Shown here one piece after another: positions 12,401-27,400 of a DNA stretch of 64,000 bases. The stretch spans positions 53,878,001 to 53,942,000 of the forward strand of contig NC_087246.1 of the NCBI RefSeq assembly GCF_037042905.1, in the 5' to 3' direction. Source of the DNA: Lytechinus pictus. Lineage: Eukaryota. Each line of letters opens with the position of its first letter. The stretch's first letter is position 1. The translations under genes and the position numbers were made by a program. A model generated the notes under the pieces. The model was not told where the DNA came from, did no database searches, and saw only the letters and a program-made list of their open reading frames with translations.

Positions 12401-15400
12401 GATTTAAACTTTGGGGGTGAAATCTGGCCAGTGTCATCCCCATTGATCCAATAACATCTTAACAGCATTAATTTCTTTGTCAATGATATTGCCCCCCTTC
12501 ATTTCAACTAACAGCCGTTTGTAGATACAAAGGCAGGAAACTTGGATACATGGCCAGCCCATGCCACAGCTCAGGCTGCAGCCCGCCCCTCCCTGCCATC
12601 CTCCCAGAGGCCAAGGGGTTCCAGCGCTGATGGATATGGCAGAGGACAAAGCACTGCGGAAGGCGGAGGTCCACATCAGTCGATGGTACCAAAACCAAAG
12701 TTCCTGGAGCAGTTGGAAGTCTTTCTCAAAAAAGAACTCAGAAATGTGGACGGAGGAAGGGCAGGTCCAAGCGACACAAGATTACAGGTGAGCATCATTA
12801 AAAAAAAATTGTCATTGATTGTCTCAAATGATAGTCATCTGGTGGAGTGTTTCACAAAACCATAATTAGTCTAATTTTTTGGTCATTCCACAGAAATGAA
12901 ATTTTAAACACACACTTTGTGGGTTATCCGAGAAAATACAGATTTTGAGAAGGTAGCCCTTATATAAAATAGCACCTGTGAGAGTGTGTGTGTTTTATCC
13001 TGGTTGTATTAATAGGCAAAATACAAATCAAATGCTAATACAAAAAAGAGATTAGAATTTGAGATTAGAAGGGAAAGGGCAGAGGAATACTAGAATGGAT
13101 TCAATAGACAGAGAAAAGTGGCATAACATCATTGTCAGTGTCTGAAATCAATATTTATAATATTGAAATCTTACTTTCATAATACCTTGAAAGAATTAGC
13201 TTGTTGAATCTCCCTCCTGTTGAATTCATTAACCTAATGTTTTTATTGTCTAATTTAAATTAATTTGTTTTTAAATATATATTCTTGCATTTGTTTTATT
13301 TCCCTTTTTTATCAGGCATATCGGGAAGTATTTGAGTACCTGATTGAAGATTTTAAGGCTTACAAACCAATCTTTTCTGCTATCAAGAATGAATATGAAG
13401 TCATGTTATCACATCAAAGGGAAAAGATCAGAGAACTTGAACCTCTTAAGGTAATATGCATTGCATGCAGTATAATCTGAAAGTTTCACAAAATAAACAG
13501 TTATTCTATTGTTCCGAGTGTGTATGCTTACTGGTTGATTCCAAACAGCATCTACATGTATTTGAATCATATTGTAAGGAATTATATAAGGTTGTGAAAA
13601 TGATTTGGGCTGATAATTATAATGATAATAAACTAATATTTGTAAAGCAAAAGAAAAACAAAACACAACCATTAAAATTTACTCTAGGTCCATTACAGAC
13701 AGCTTTCCAATATTTCAGGATTACAAAAGAAATAAGTAAGTCTTACCTTGTGAAACTCACTTTTCTCAATAGGCAACTACCTGTAATTGAATTTTTATTG
13801 GAAATTCAGATTATCATAGTCCTGGCCTTGTGCAGGATTGTACTCAAATGAAATACATATTTGACATGAAACATGTATTCCCCCTTTTATCCCGAATCAT
13901 CCGTGTTGGTGACAGTTTCAGAGCGGTGTGATCAAAAGTCATTTTACATGGCATGATTGATTAATGATCACACTGAAATCAAATCCAGATTTTAAATCAA
14001 TCATAAATATTTCCCCCTCTATCTGACGCAGTCCATGCTGGTAACGGTATCCGAGCAGTGTGACCAGAAGATCATGGCTCTACGAGAAGACGAGAGACAG
14101 GAGATGAAAGACCTGAAGAACGAGAAACAAGCTCTCCTGGACCGCATCGGTGGGATGAGGGAGGAACAGTTCTCATTACAGATGCAGATTGAAAAGGTAG
14201 TAATAGATGACTCTAATTGAAATATCCTCCCTAATATCTGGGTAGTGGACATACAGGACAACAAAGAAAAATTTTCACCAAACAAAGGAAAATACCACTG
14301 GATAACTGTCCAGGACATGACCTAGCCGACTCTTAGTATCTATGGAAATCTGAACAAATTATCGAGGTTAACAAAGTTAATTTGATTTTCATTTTTTTTT
14401 TCAATATGGAATCTCTTGGATATCTAATTATTTGAAAGACTTTAAGAATAAAATTTGTGTGAAAGCAGCTAGTCTGTATTGCCACAAGCAATTTTAAAGA
14501 AAATATACAATTTTTTGTGTGAACAGTGTTTGAAAGTGATTTGAAATTGAGATCTTGTGAATATGGAAGGTAAAAATACAATGAAAACAATAGTTTAGGG
14601 TTGGTCTTACGCAAAGGCTATCATGACAAAGAAATAGACTTTTGGAAATAAAGAACTTCTAGTCATTCTTGATGTGTCACTATTGTGGAATCACCGTGGT
14701 TCAATGGTTCTGATCTTTGGCTTCCAACTAGAGGATCATTTTTCAAGTCCGACCCATGATGTATATTTCCTTTTGCATCCATATCAGGCAGAACTTGACT
14801 TTGGAGTAGTAATGGGCAGTTTGTAGGAATTTTATTCTTTGAAAATACTTGTACACCTGAATGGGTACGGGCTAAAGACAGGTAATATGACAATATATGC
14901 CTCAATTGCTCTGGAGAATAGATTTGTGCACTCAAGAAGTGGCCTTGTTGATATTGAGTCACAAGACAGCTATGCCCTCATTCTGAAGTCCGGTTTACAC
15001 CTAGACCATGGTCGAACTCTGTGCTAAAATTATGAGAAGTCGAAAATGTCAGATGTTTGTTTTACATTGTTTCTTATGTTTACCTTTTCTCTTTCCTCAT
15101 GCTGTTATGGTGAAGAAAACACTTAGAATCATTATTTTCTGATAATTATGAATAATTTGTGTGTCATGTAAAACTGATAAATTAAACTTGTTCTATTAGA
15201 GATTGGTGTCTTTAATAGTTGACCATCCATATTTAAACCACAACTTTAAACCATTTTAATCAAAACCTAGTTCAGAATATGGACCCTAGAGTGTTTAACC
15301 AACATGAACGCCGACTGTGTTGCACGTCTTCCATTATAAATCCTCGGTGTAATGATAATTCATGTGATTCTCTTTCTCTTTGAACCCCATCACAGCTCCA

Positions 15401-18400
15401 AGAGAAGATAGCTGAACAGTATCAGATGTATCGTGATGAGTGTGACGCTCGTAAGTTACTTGTCTCTGATATCAACGACCTTCGTTACCAGCAGGAGGAT
15501 TATCAGAAGGCCCAGGGTAACCAAGAGGTCCCTGCTGAAGCGAAGGAAGACCCCGTCAAGATGAAGATTGCTCTCAGGTAAGGGTTGAAGGGAAATGAAA
15601 CCCTGGAACAAGTTAGCTTGTGTGCAGACGTACAAAATCAAGAAAAAGAGCAATGAAAGTTTGAGAACGTATTAGGTACCGGTATACAATAAGAAAGAGG
15701 TGAGCATTTAAATGTGGAGAATGCTAATGCTACATGGAGATCCTCCCATTTGCCCTGTGATATAGCTGTCTGCTGTCACACTTGAAAGGAAAATGGAACC
15801 CTTGGAACAAGATAGCTTGTGCGAAAACATAAAAATCAAAGAAACAGATCAACGCAACTTTGAGAAAAATTGAATAAATGATAAGAAAGTTATGAAAATT
15901 CGAAGTTTAGATCATTATTGTCATGTAGATCCTCCAATCGGCAATGCGACAAAGATGTGTGATGTCACATGTGAACAACTTTCCCATTACTTTTGTTCAT
16001 ATTTCACTTAAAGTGCCTCTTTTATCACATCACATGGGCATTTTCACGGTAACTGACATTACACGGCACAATGTTTTCACACCTTTCATTGTGTGTATCT
16101 CTAAAACAACAAATGATGGGAGTTTGCTTTTGATAGAGTTAATAAAGTGAACCTTGCTGTATAATCTGATACTAAGTTTTCCTATGTAACCACATTTTTT
16201 TACGCAACAGCAAGCAAAAATGTGTCGGTAACTGACATTACGCAAAAGGACATGAAATTTCAGGGTGTTCATTAAAATTGAAATATCTCATGTCCCTGAG
16301 TAGATAGAGTAATAATTTGAATATGTAAATATACCTCTGTTACTAGGTTAAGATGTGTCAAAATATTAAACAATTCGTTTTTGTCTTTTGGGGGCTATGA
16401 TAATTTTTCCACAACCATGCTGGTAACTGACATTACGGTAACTGACATTACACTTAATTTGCCATAGAGATAACACATGGAAGTCAAATGTGTGGAATCA
16501 TTGCATTGTATCTTCTGTGCAGGGCTTCACATGAAAGTGAGCTTGATGTGGAAGTATACCCGAGTTTTTAGGAACATTTCAATGAAAAAACTTTTTCTTT
16601 TTTTAATTCCTTTCTTTGATTTGAACATTTTTATCATTACTTGTCGGTAACTGACAATACACATTAACATTTACCAGTGCTATATGATTTTCAAAGGCAT
16701 AATTTTCTTGGTACTTATATGTAAGGCTTTTTAAAATCATAAAAGTTTCATAATACTTCACATTTTTAATTATCAAAAGACAAGAAATGTATGTTTTACT
16801 TACTCGGGGGGGGGGGGGGGGGGGGGGTCATAGCAGCTACATGTTTTCCTATAGTAATTTAATATTGCATTGACTGTACACATGGATTTTACTGACTATA
16901 CACCCATAATATATTCATCAGTTTTATATTGACTTTTTAAACCTTTTCCTTCTCCAACCTCCCCCTCCCCTCAAAAAAGGCAAAATGAATAAGGGTCTCC
17001 TCCCCTAGGCTACATGTACCCCTCCCCTGAATCTCATGCAGCCATGTAGTTTAATTGATTTCTATTCTGGTCAGTGCAAGCGATGCTTGTTCATATCTGT
17101 CGGATTTCAATTCTCTTCATAATTTGTTTAATCATTTTCTTTGCTAATTTCTTTTTTAAGCTGTCATCAAAAAATAAACTCCAGCTTCTAAACTGAAACT
17201 GAACTATTTGTAAATTAGAAAAAAAAAACAGTTTTAGTAGATCCATGCAACATTGATCAGAACTGTCAAATTTCACTTTTCATCTATACTTGTAAACCAA
17301 AAACAAAATTGTATCACACATCCACACTACTAACAGGTATAAAAACCAGGAATTTACTTTTAGCGAGGCAATGCTCAAAAGAATCCTAGAAACTAAAAAA
17401 GGGACCCTGGAAATCCCCTTCATCACAATGTTAAGCTTTAAAAATGTTGCAGATTTAGGCAATAGGTTGGGAAAAGTACCCCCTACCACCCCCCCCCCCC
17501 CCCCCGAAAACCAAACAAAAAATTGTCTGATACAATTAGGTACTTGGTAAGTGCATGTACAAAACAATTTCATAGTAATTTTTTTTTGCCTGATGGGAAT
17601 GCAACTTCCTTCATAATTTCATATAGTATTCCTTGTGAACTATACCTTTTAAAAGTCAATAGCAAGCTCCTTCTGGTGTGACTTTTAAAGTGAAAGACTT
17701 AAATAACAAGTATACAATATTTCTTCACCATAAAATTGACCACATATTTGCATTTCAATATTGGTAACCAACGTTTTATCATGGTAACTGACATTACATC
17801 TCGGTAACTGACATTACATTTTCCACTTGGTAACTGACATTACATATATTTAATGGTACCCTATGGCTTCATTGTTAATTGGTAATCTTTAATTTTGGTG
17901 TAGAAGGGAGGGGTGTTACCTAGAGAGGAAATCTACCAAGTTTCATTTAATATATCCTCTTTTCCAGGAAATTAGAAAAAAAAGTTCATGTTTTCGGTAA
18001 CTGACATTACATACCATATCACATACTTCATCAATGTTTTTTTATCAGATGAATGAATTACTGGTGCTCCTTTCTGTGGGATTTTAAAAAGTGTTATAAT
18101 AGCAAGCTAAATCACAGGCGAAAACATCATGATCAAACCTGTTCTTTAAAAATCTGTCAAAACAAAATATGTATCAATATACTATTTTCAACACTAATTT
18201 GTATCCATACTTTGGCAGCCATTTTGAAATAAAAAATGGCTGCCAGAGTCGGAAATTTTTTTGTCTCGGAAACTTCAGGTCTTGTTTTATTAAAAAACAT
18301 AAAGCATTTGACATGAATATCAACTTGATTTTTTTGCCTCTGTGTCCATCTGTGGTGAAAATGCCCACTGTATGTATTCTTTCTATAGGAGGGCATGTAA

Positions 18401-21400
18401 TACAGATTTTCAACGAATACATTATGAAGAGTTTGTATCACCATAAGGAGGAGCAAAAAGAGACATTTTGGGGATATTTTATAGTCCATCAAAGGGAAAG
18501 TTGTTCACATGTGACATCACACATCTTTGTTGTAGTGCCAACGGGAGGATCTCCATAGCATTAGTAATCCCAATTTTCAAATGCTCATAATTTTCTCATT
18601 ATTTGTCCAATTTTCTCAAACTTTCTTTTATCTTATTCTTTGATTTTTCTTTTTCCACACAAGCCCACTTGTTCGAAAGGTTCCATTCCCCTTTACTCTC
18701 TCCCTTGATGGATGTAACGCAAAATTTTTATTTAAATGTTATTTTAATTCTGTAGTAAACTTTAACTATGGACTCGCCATGAAGCAGAATTTGGAAAAAG
18801 TTTGTTTGTGTTTGTTAATGCATTCATTTATTCCAACTGAGTTTTCCTAGTTTGAATCCTAAAACTGTTGAAAATTTGCATGTAAGTCAAACATGTATAC
18901 TGATATTTGTATTATAACTGACAACACACATACTAAGATAATGGGGCAAGGAAAAGCATTGACTCAGATTATGGACTTACATCTTCATGTTTCCAAAATT
19001 CTTGAACTTTTTCTTGACTGCTTTATTTACGCTTGTCTTTGTTTAGTTTTCTTGGTGCTGGTAAATTGCAAATTCAAGCAGAAATATGCATGCTTAATAG
19101 CTTGTAAGCTGGTATTACACTCACTCCTATATGCAGTCAATTCAAAAGATTGTTTTATTTGAAACTGTTTGTTTGTTTCTTTGCGATAGGATGAGGATGT
19201 AAATAATGCTTTAATGATATCGATACTAGAGAATATATTTTTCCATAATCATGGTCTAAACAACATTGTTTACAATGAAACCATGAAATAAATCAATTTG
19301 ATTGCTCTTTTAGAAAAGCGCGGGAGGATCTAACAGATGCAACTCAGAGATTGAACGAAATGATAGCCAACTATGGTGATGTGGTTCCTAGAAGGGATTT
19401 TGAATTACTGACAGCGGAACACAAGGTATGTTGGTTTGAATTAAATCAATCAAATAACGTGTAGTGCAACTTTTCAAAAGTCCGTGCTGTGTAATTTAGT
19501 AGGAATCCTGCTTTAAGAGCACTGTGTGTCTTTTCATTGTAGTTTTCCAACATTCCCCACTACTCTGTCTGTGATGGAATGTGAGGATGGGTAATCTAAA
19601 AGCTGCCCGCTTACTTCTTGTGCAAAAGACGCCACTCTTTTGACAAGGTACCTAATACTGGAAACAGCAAGACTGGTACACCCCCAGGTCCTAGGTCCAC
19701 TGCCAACTCGTCCACTCACCACATGGTCTACCTTTATTTAATCCTATGCCATTCCATCCATCAACATTTCGTCGAACAACCATTTGGTCCAATCATCACT
19801 TTGTCTAATCACCAGTTCGTCTATGACCATTTCGTCTCATAACCAGTCTAATATTTGTTTTAATTTCTTTCATTTTGCTGATTTAACACTTAGTCTAATT
19901 AGACCAAATGGTATATGGAGTATATAGCTACTAGTATTGGACCAACTCGTTATTTTATAAAATGGGGAGTGGACTAAATGGCAATTAGACCATGTAGATA
20001 TTGGACGAACTGATGGTAGACCAAATGAAAGTAGACAAATTGGCACTGGATCAAATGAAAATAAACCCAGGTCCCCATCCTGTGAAAGAGTACTTGATTC
20101 AGATCAACAATAACAACACTTTGAGATTGATGAACTAAAAGTAACAATCTCAGAGATGAAATACTCTTTAAAAGACAGAGTTGTTTCCATTCTATTCTAA
20201 TCACAGAGCTCTACTTGGTAAATAAATAATAAGAAACAAGTATGGTTTTATCTTTTTATCTGAAGTGGAACTAATTTGAATTTGTTTCAAAGTAATCAAT
20301 AGCTTTTTTTATTTTTTTAATATTTATTTATCATTGATTAAATTCAAGCTGTCATTGATAACATTTATGATATGATCCAAAATTAAATGTACTCAACCAT
20401 TTTTAAAACATCATTATATTGACATGGTTTTATTTACAGAAATTGCTAGAAGAACATGAGACTTTGAATGGTGACTACAATCAGCTGAGAGCAGAGCATG
20501 AGTGAGTTTTGTTTCTTTTTATCAACTAGCCTAGCTTCTTATTCTTATTTTCTAGTCACTTTAATCATTGACATTTTTATTTCATAAGAATTATTCATAA
20601 AAGGATGGGAAAGATTCATCAACGCTGATTGAAATTCTTTTAAGAATCCACGGTATGCATAAAATGTTCACATTGAGAAACAATACAACAAATTGGAGGT
20701 GTCATTAAAGTAGAAAAGAGGTGGGATTGAAATGAAATTTGTAGATGTAGACAAATTTGGATTGAGTGTTGTTTTGTCTTATGGCAGCCATGACTGGGGG
20801 GCTTCCAGAATGCATAACAAAAGAAATGTACATAGACGCACCTAGCTCATTGCTGATTGGCTGATAGCCAAGTGGTAACCCCCCAGCTATGGCTGCCATA
20901 AGTTGCATTGCTCTGAAGTGGGATTGGTCTATATAAGCAGAACATGATGCATGAATTGGTTGATTCTCTTGCATTTGAGTCAACTATTTCGATGTAACAA
21001 ACAATTTACGTCATGTAATGTTATTTACAGCTTGTTAAAACTATTTTTTCCCCTTTCCTTTGTGTATGTTACAGGGCTCTGTTGGATGTGAATAAGCAGA
21101 TCATAGCACAGAGAGATGACTTCTACCAAGAGCTTGAAAACCTCAAGAGAACAGCAACACCAAGGTTTGTATAACGGGCAAATTATCTCAATTAACACCC
21201 CGATCCCACTTCTCTGACTGTCTCCTGTCTCTCACTTATTGCGACTATCAGTCAGTCGGCAAGCCCTGAAAAAGTAGCTTCTTTTATCCAAGTGATATGC
21301 ATGACTAGAGGGTTTTTGCATTGTTAATGAGCTTGGTGCGGACGAAAACACCTCTTTTTATTTGGCCATTGCTGCTCTAAATATTGACCAAATTTCATGT

Positions 21401-24400
21401 TTTTGGTATCTTTATAAAGAAGAAGAATCATTCTTTCAGGTCATGTGTCTGGATTTTTAAAAAGATTTTGTAACATACTAGTAGGTGAAACTTTTGATCT
21501 AAAACAAAATAATTATTTTCATGCAACAAAACTTGGTGTTTTTACACTTAATTTCTGGTTGGGCCCAAATAATTTTTGAATTATGATAAAGCTGAAGATC
21601 TAAGCTTTAATATGATATAATTTTTATAAGAAGAGGTATCTTAGATGGGTCAGCAGCCAGCTTTCCATAGGCCAAGTATATTTAGCAGTTTAAAAACAAG
21701 AATACTGCGCTCTGATTGGTCGTAGAGACCACACACCCACGCAAATTCCAATGTTCCCACACTGGGCCTCTGCAAGGTCACACACACCATGTGGTAATCT
21801 CTTCAAATTACCCGCGTCTGTTGTTTTGAAAACACTATTCAACCAATCAGAACTCTGGATTTTATGCTACTCAGAAATTTCAGAAATCTTTTCATGCCTA
21901 AAATTCAATTATTTATCAAAATATTTTATTCAAAAGAAATGATCAGTATCAAGAGTGACATTGTAAGAAAATATAGTTTCAGCTTTCTGATGATATAAAT
22001 AATGTTTGTGCCTAAAACACAAAATTTTGCACAATTTGCAAGATAAAAAAGAGGAAGAAAATTCCATTTGAGGCATCTTTTCATGCCTAAAATTCAATTA
22101 TTTATCAAAATATTTTATTCAAAAGAAATGATCAGTATAAAAGAGTAACGTTTACTCTTTCATATGGTTAAAAAATAATTAATTTTACTCGAGGAGAAAG
22201 TGGTTAAATTCTTTGAGAAACAAAGTCTCACAATTCACAAGATTTTGCAGGGACATGAATTCAGCCACGAGAGGACTTGGATAAATCTTGCTCATTAACA
22301 CAGGGGCTTGCAGACTGACTGCTATTTAACACTCTTTTGCCCCCCCCCCACACCATTCCATTGTAATCCCTGCATTTTTCTGACGCTGTAAGTTGGAATA
22401 ACATCTGCATTCCCCCTCACTGACTGACAAGGCTAATTTATGGCCATCAGCTGTGAAAGTAGAAGTCCCGGGAGAAGTCCAACAAAACTGTACTATAACT
22501 TTTTAAGAATTTGTATCTGTGTTGCTATTTTATAAAACAAATAATGCACTTGCTCTGTCGTGCGTAAAAGTAAATGCAGAGAAAGCTCGGTTTCTTCAGA
22601 TGGTGCACACTGGGCACTCGCCGCCAGCGGCTCGTGCACAGTGCGGCACCTATCTAAAGAAACCTCGCGTCCTCTGCATTTCCACTAACGCACTCGGCTG
22701 CATGCATTTGTATAATATTAGATGATGTATTTGGAATATATTTTGGGATTCAAATGGAGAATGAAAATGCGACAAAAATAGAGTTTGATGTTCAAATGTT
22801 TATTGATTTCTCTTTTTTTTTTCCACATACACCAACACACACACACAGAAATGTTCCCATCAATTCACATCTTCACGATTAATATTTGTGATTGGATGAA
22901 ATCAATTAATATCTAATTGAAAGTAGTGCCTCATGGACAATACATTATCGATAAAAAAAAGTATTATACACAGTGTGTCGTGCGTCCCAGAAAAAAGGAA
23001 ACTGAGATACTCATGTCTTTTTTTTCTTCAAAGGCAAATAAATTATGATATTCTATTTACATAATGATATAGTTCAATTATTCCTCTTTAATTTGATACC
23101 ATATATGAGACGAACACTTCATGCATTAATGAGCAAGACGAGTTTGAAATTATAAAGTCATAACCAGGCTGCGCAGAAAAATTTGACAAAATTGGTTCGT
23201 GATACGACGACCATGCTTATTCGACGATTGGCTCATTAGCATTTCTTTTGTATCCTTTGTTAGGATTCTCTCACTGATCCCTGAAATGAGAGTAAATTCA
23301 GATTCACACATGATTTTCTGCGCAAATCGTTTCTGATATGTCTCGATATTCATTGTTTGTAATCTGCCATGCGTGAACGATTTGCTAAGCTCTTGGTTTC
23401 AAATTAGAGATTAGATTCCAATCTTGCCACGAGTATCAAATATAATAATTGTGAAATCTATCTCTGAAAATGGGTTTTCTTTTTTTACGGGACGCACTGT
23501 ATATACTGTTACAAATGCTCTTTGGTATTCTTCACAGACCTGACTGGGACCGCTGCGCTGAGGTGCTGGAAGGAGGCGAAGAGAGATGGGTTCAAATCTC
23601 TCAAGGCAAGAAGACCGATCAACTCGTCACGTTACTCCTTAAAGAGATCATGGGAGACGGGGAAGGCTACGAGTACTTTGAACCAAAGGTGAGTGATGCG
23701 GTTGCCATGGCAATGGAAGTCGACAGTGCGGTGGTCACAGTGAAAATATTGGGATGCCATGGTTATAAGCTATATTCATGTAATGGTGGAGTAAAGAGTT
23801 TTTTGTTTTTGACCGTTAGTAAGCCATGAACCTTGGTTTTAGATGAACAATTGATGAGGTTATGCTTGGTATTGTTATGGTGACAGTATACATGCAAACA
23901 GTACCTGTGACTCATATAAAGAATCGCAAGTGGCATAACTTGACTGTAACTTTGAGATAAATTTGAGGTAGGGGTTTAGAGCGATATAATTAGTTGCCGT
24001 TCTTTTGAGGACAAGGGCCCATGTTTTGTGACAATAGATGTACGTGTCCAAGTTGTCAGTGCTCTGATTATTAACCTCGGGAGTGTTTTACAAAGAGTTA
24101 AGTATGACTTGGAGTCGCACTTAAATGTCCAGTTGCATGTCAAATAAACGGCATCACTGCATTGGTCAAATTATGCTAATAGGACGCGCGCTACTGTGTA
24201 TTGATAAAAAAGATAGCATGTTACAAAATCATGTGTGCGTCAGCACTAAGCATGATTTTAACTCACACTTAAATTTTTGTATAACACCCCCCGCAGTAAG
24301 AAATTCGCTATGACATAGGATACGGTAGATAAAATTGAATAATGTATCTTGAATCAAATTACTGCCAAGATATCTAAGGTGTTCACTACTTCCCAATTCT

Positions 24401-27400
24401 TTCTATCCCGCCACCCAGGGTCTTGGTGATGATGTACCTGTGTACATGCGATATGAAGGCAAGCTGAGGAAGAGAAAGATGGATGAGAATGATGCTGGTA
24501 TCCTCATCAAAGAAATATGGAGGGAGAAAACAAAACAAAATCAAGAGGTAAGTTATGTCAACTCACATTAGCAGAAGTCTTAAGGAGCTTTGCAAGAAAT
24601 TTGCAATCGATATCATCCCCCCTCCTCTGCATGTTCCCATACCAATTTACCGATTTGCCTCCGCCAACAACTAGTCAACCATTTCCGTCAATCCGAAATA
24701 GTATCCAGATAGCCAAATTTTACTCAAATTTCTGACAGAGAATGTTTATTTTTCAGCATTTTTACCCTTGAACCTATTAATACAAACTGTCTAGTAATGG
24801 TAAGAACAGTCAATTTTTGTGAAAACTAAGATTGAGACAAGGATGTCGGTAAACTTGAGAAAGATAACTCTATAGAGAAATGTCACACTTGGCTCTCAAT
24901 GGGTTTATTTCATGATTTAACTTAGTACACAGTTGTCAATATGGACCAGAGTTTATGGATCATATCATGACCTCAACATCAAAGACAATATTGGAAAAGG
25001 AGGGAAGTAGATTGAAAAAGAAGAAGTATTTTCATCAGTAGGATGCTTATGAACCACAAATATATCAATAAGATATTGTTCGAGCATTTTTGTAACTCTC
25101 ATAAATCTCACTTTAGCTTTAAAGTTCAGATGCTTAATTCAAATCATTTGTTCCTGATTCAACCTAAAAAGTTGCGAGGCTTCCAAACTGTAGTGGTCCC
25201 TTCTATAATGTAATAGTGTGTTACATATTTTTGTGTATGAATGAATCAAATTTGATGTGAAATATTCCTTGATATCTTCTAGAGGGGAGAAGCAGGTCCA
25301 GAGCCTATGGATATCTTCCTTGCATCGTTCATGAGACAGAAGTATCCCGAGGAGAAACTTGCCTTTGAGTGGACATACATGCTGCTTAGTATACTAGAAG
25401 AGAATGAGAAGGAGAACCATCTAATGCTCTTTTACAAGACACTCATCGGAGAGGTGAGAGTTGATATGAGACTTCATTTTGTTTAACTAAGGCATCTTGG
25501 AGCGGTGATGGGTTAAATTGATGTGTTTGGTCATTGACTAGGCAGTTTGAAATGCTGTTAGAGATTTCTAAATTCTGTTCTGTATGTGGTATTGATCATT
25601 CATTATGCTGCTATATTATGACTTTTGAGAGGGAGGGGGGGGGGGTGGGGTAATAAACTTCCTAATTATTAGTCAACAAACATTTGGAAATAGCCATTAG
25701 ACAACTTATTTTATTCAAGTCTAGTATTTTGTAATTTCGTAGCGAAATGCTGTCATTTTGTGGCTTATCTGTTAGTATGCTTTGGCATGTATTTTTGTTC
25801 ACTTATATCGTTTAGTACTGCTATCAAATATTTGTGTTTGATTTTTCTTTTTCCTTTCTTTCAGATGGATGAAGATGTGTATCATAATCAGTTAGAGGTC
25901 TTATCAGAGCTCATGGCTGCATTCAAGAAGGCTGATGAAGAGGAAGGGGGACAGGTAAGTAACCATGAACAAGATGATGAAAATGAAGATGATGATTCTG
26001 ATGATGATTCTGATGATGATGTTGATGATGGTGGTGGTGGTGGTGGTGGATGGNNNNNNNNNNNNNNNNNNNNNNNNNNNNNNNNNNNNNNNNNNNNNNN
26101 NNNNNNNNNNNNNNNNNNNNNNNNNNNNNNNNNNNNNNNNNNNNNNNNNNNNNNNNNNNNNNNNNNNNNNNNNNNNNNNNNNNNNNNNNNNNNNGGATGA
26201 TTAAATTTCTGTGTTTCAAATTGCTTTTCATGTATATGAAAAATCTTTCATCTTTTTCCAGGGGAGTTTCAACAAGGATATCCTCGAGCTAGCCTTGCGA
26301 GAGTTCTTCCCCATCAAAGATGATGATAGCATTCAAGCCCTGGTCGATGCTGCTGTTCAAGAACTTCAGCCTGAAGATGAGACTAAACTTCTCTATGAAG
26401 AACTCTTCACAGAGGTGTGTTAATATCCATATTTTACTGTCATATCAGAATACTTGCCTCCAATTTTTTATTTGTAATTTGTTGCGAAAATCTTCATGTA
26501 AAATCGGTCATTGTCTGTTTGTCACTATATTCATGCTACATTGATTTTCACTGTATCAAATGTGAACTGGAATTCAATGTGTATATATTCAATGTAGTAA
26601 CATTGTTATATAAGGGCCCCTTAAGAAAAAGAAATGTAATCACTTGCGAAGTGGCAATAACTAATCACAATCATTCAACATTCCTGTTATCAACCAATCA
26701 GAAAAGTTCTTTCAATTAAAATCTTTGTACCTTTTGGACCCAGAATCCTCCGTCTTGAATTCCTCCTGTGACTGATTACTTCGTGTCCAGCAACAGATGT
26801 AATTGTCCTGTATTGTATGTGGGTATGTGTGTGATTAGATATTTTAAAGATGTGTGATAATCTACATTTGGGGACTTATCTCTGATGTCACCTTCCAAAA
26901 ACATGACCCGGGGCTTGAACCACAGATCTCAAAATCCATAATTTCTTTTTGCAGTTGGATTACGGGTGCATGCCAAAATGCTCAAACTGTCTTATTTTTA
27001 TCTCTTAATTCAGGAGGAGGACGGTACTGTTGGACCATTTATCTCACTTCTTAGATCTCAAGAACAAGAAGAGAAGATACAGTATGTAGATGACATCAGG
27101 AAAGAACTGGAAGGGAAAGAGTAAGTTTTAATATAACTGCTGAATTCATATCGAGTATAAAATATTTGATGCTCTGTTTCATAAGATTTGTAAGCATGTT
27201 TTTTTTTTACTGACAATAGATTAACATTGAACAACAGCTGGACTGGTTGACATTTGGTAACTAACTTTTCTAAATTCATATCGAATATAAAACGTTGATG
27301 TTCTGTTTCATCAGATCTGCCAACATGTTTATATGATATGAACTACTGACATTAGATCAATATTGAACAGTTACTCTACTGATTAACATTGAGTTACTAT

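Noticed and set aside
25760-26292. ORFs with poly-D/G/H/M tracts
   Set aside because: Read-through from exon 13 past a canonical GTAAGT donor into a microsatellite and N-gap. Exons 13 and 14 join in phase without it.
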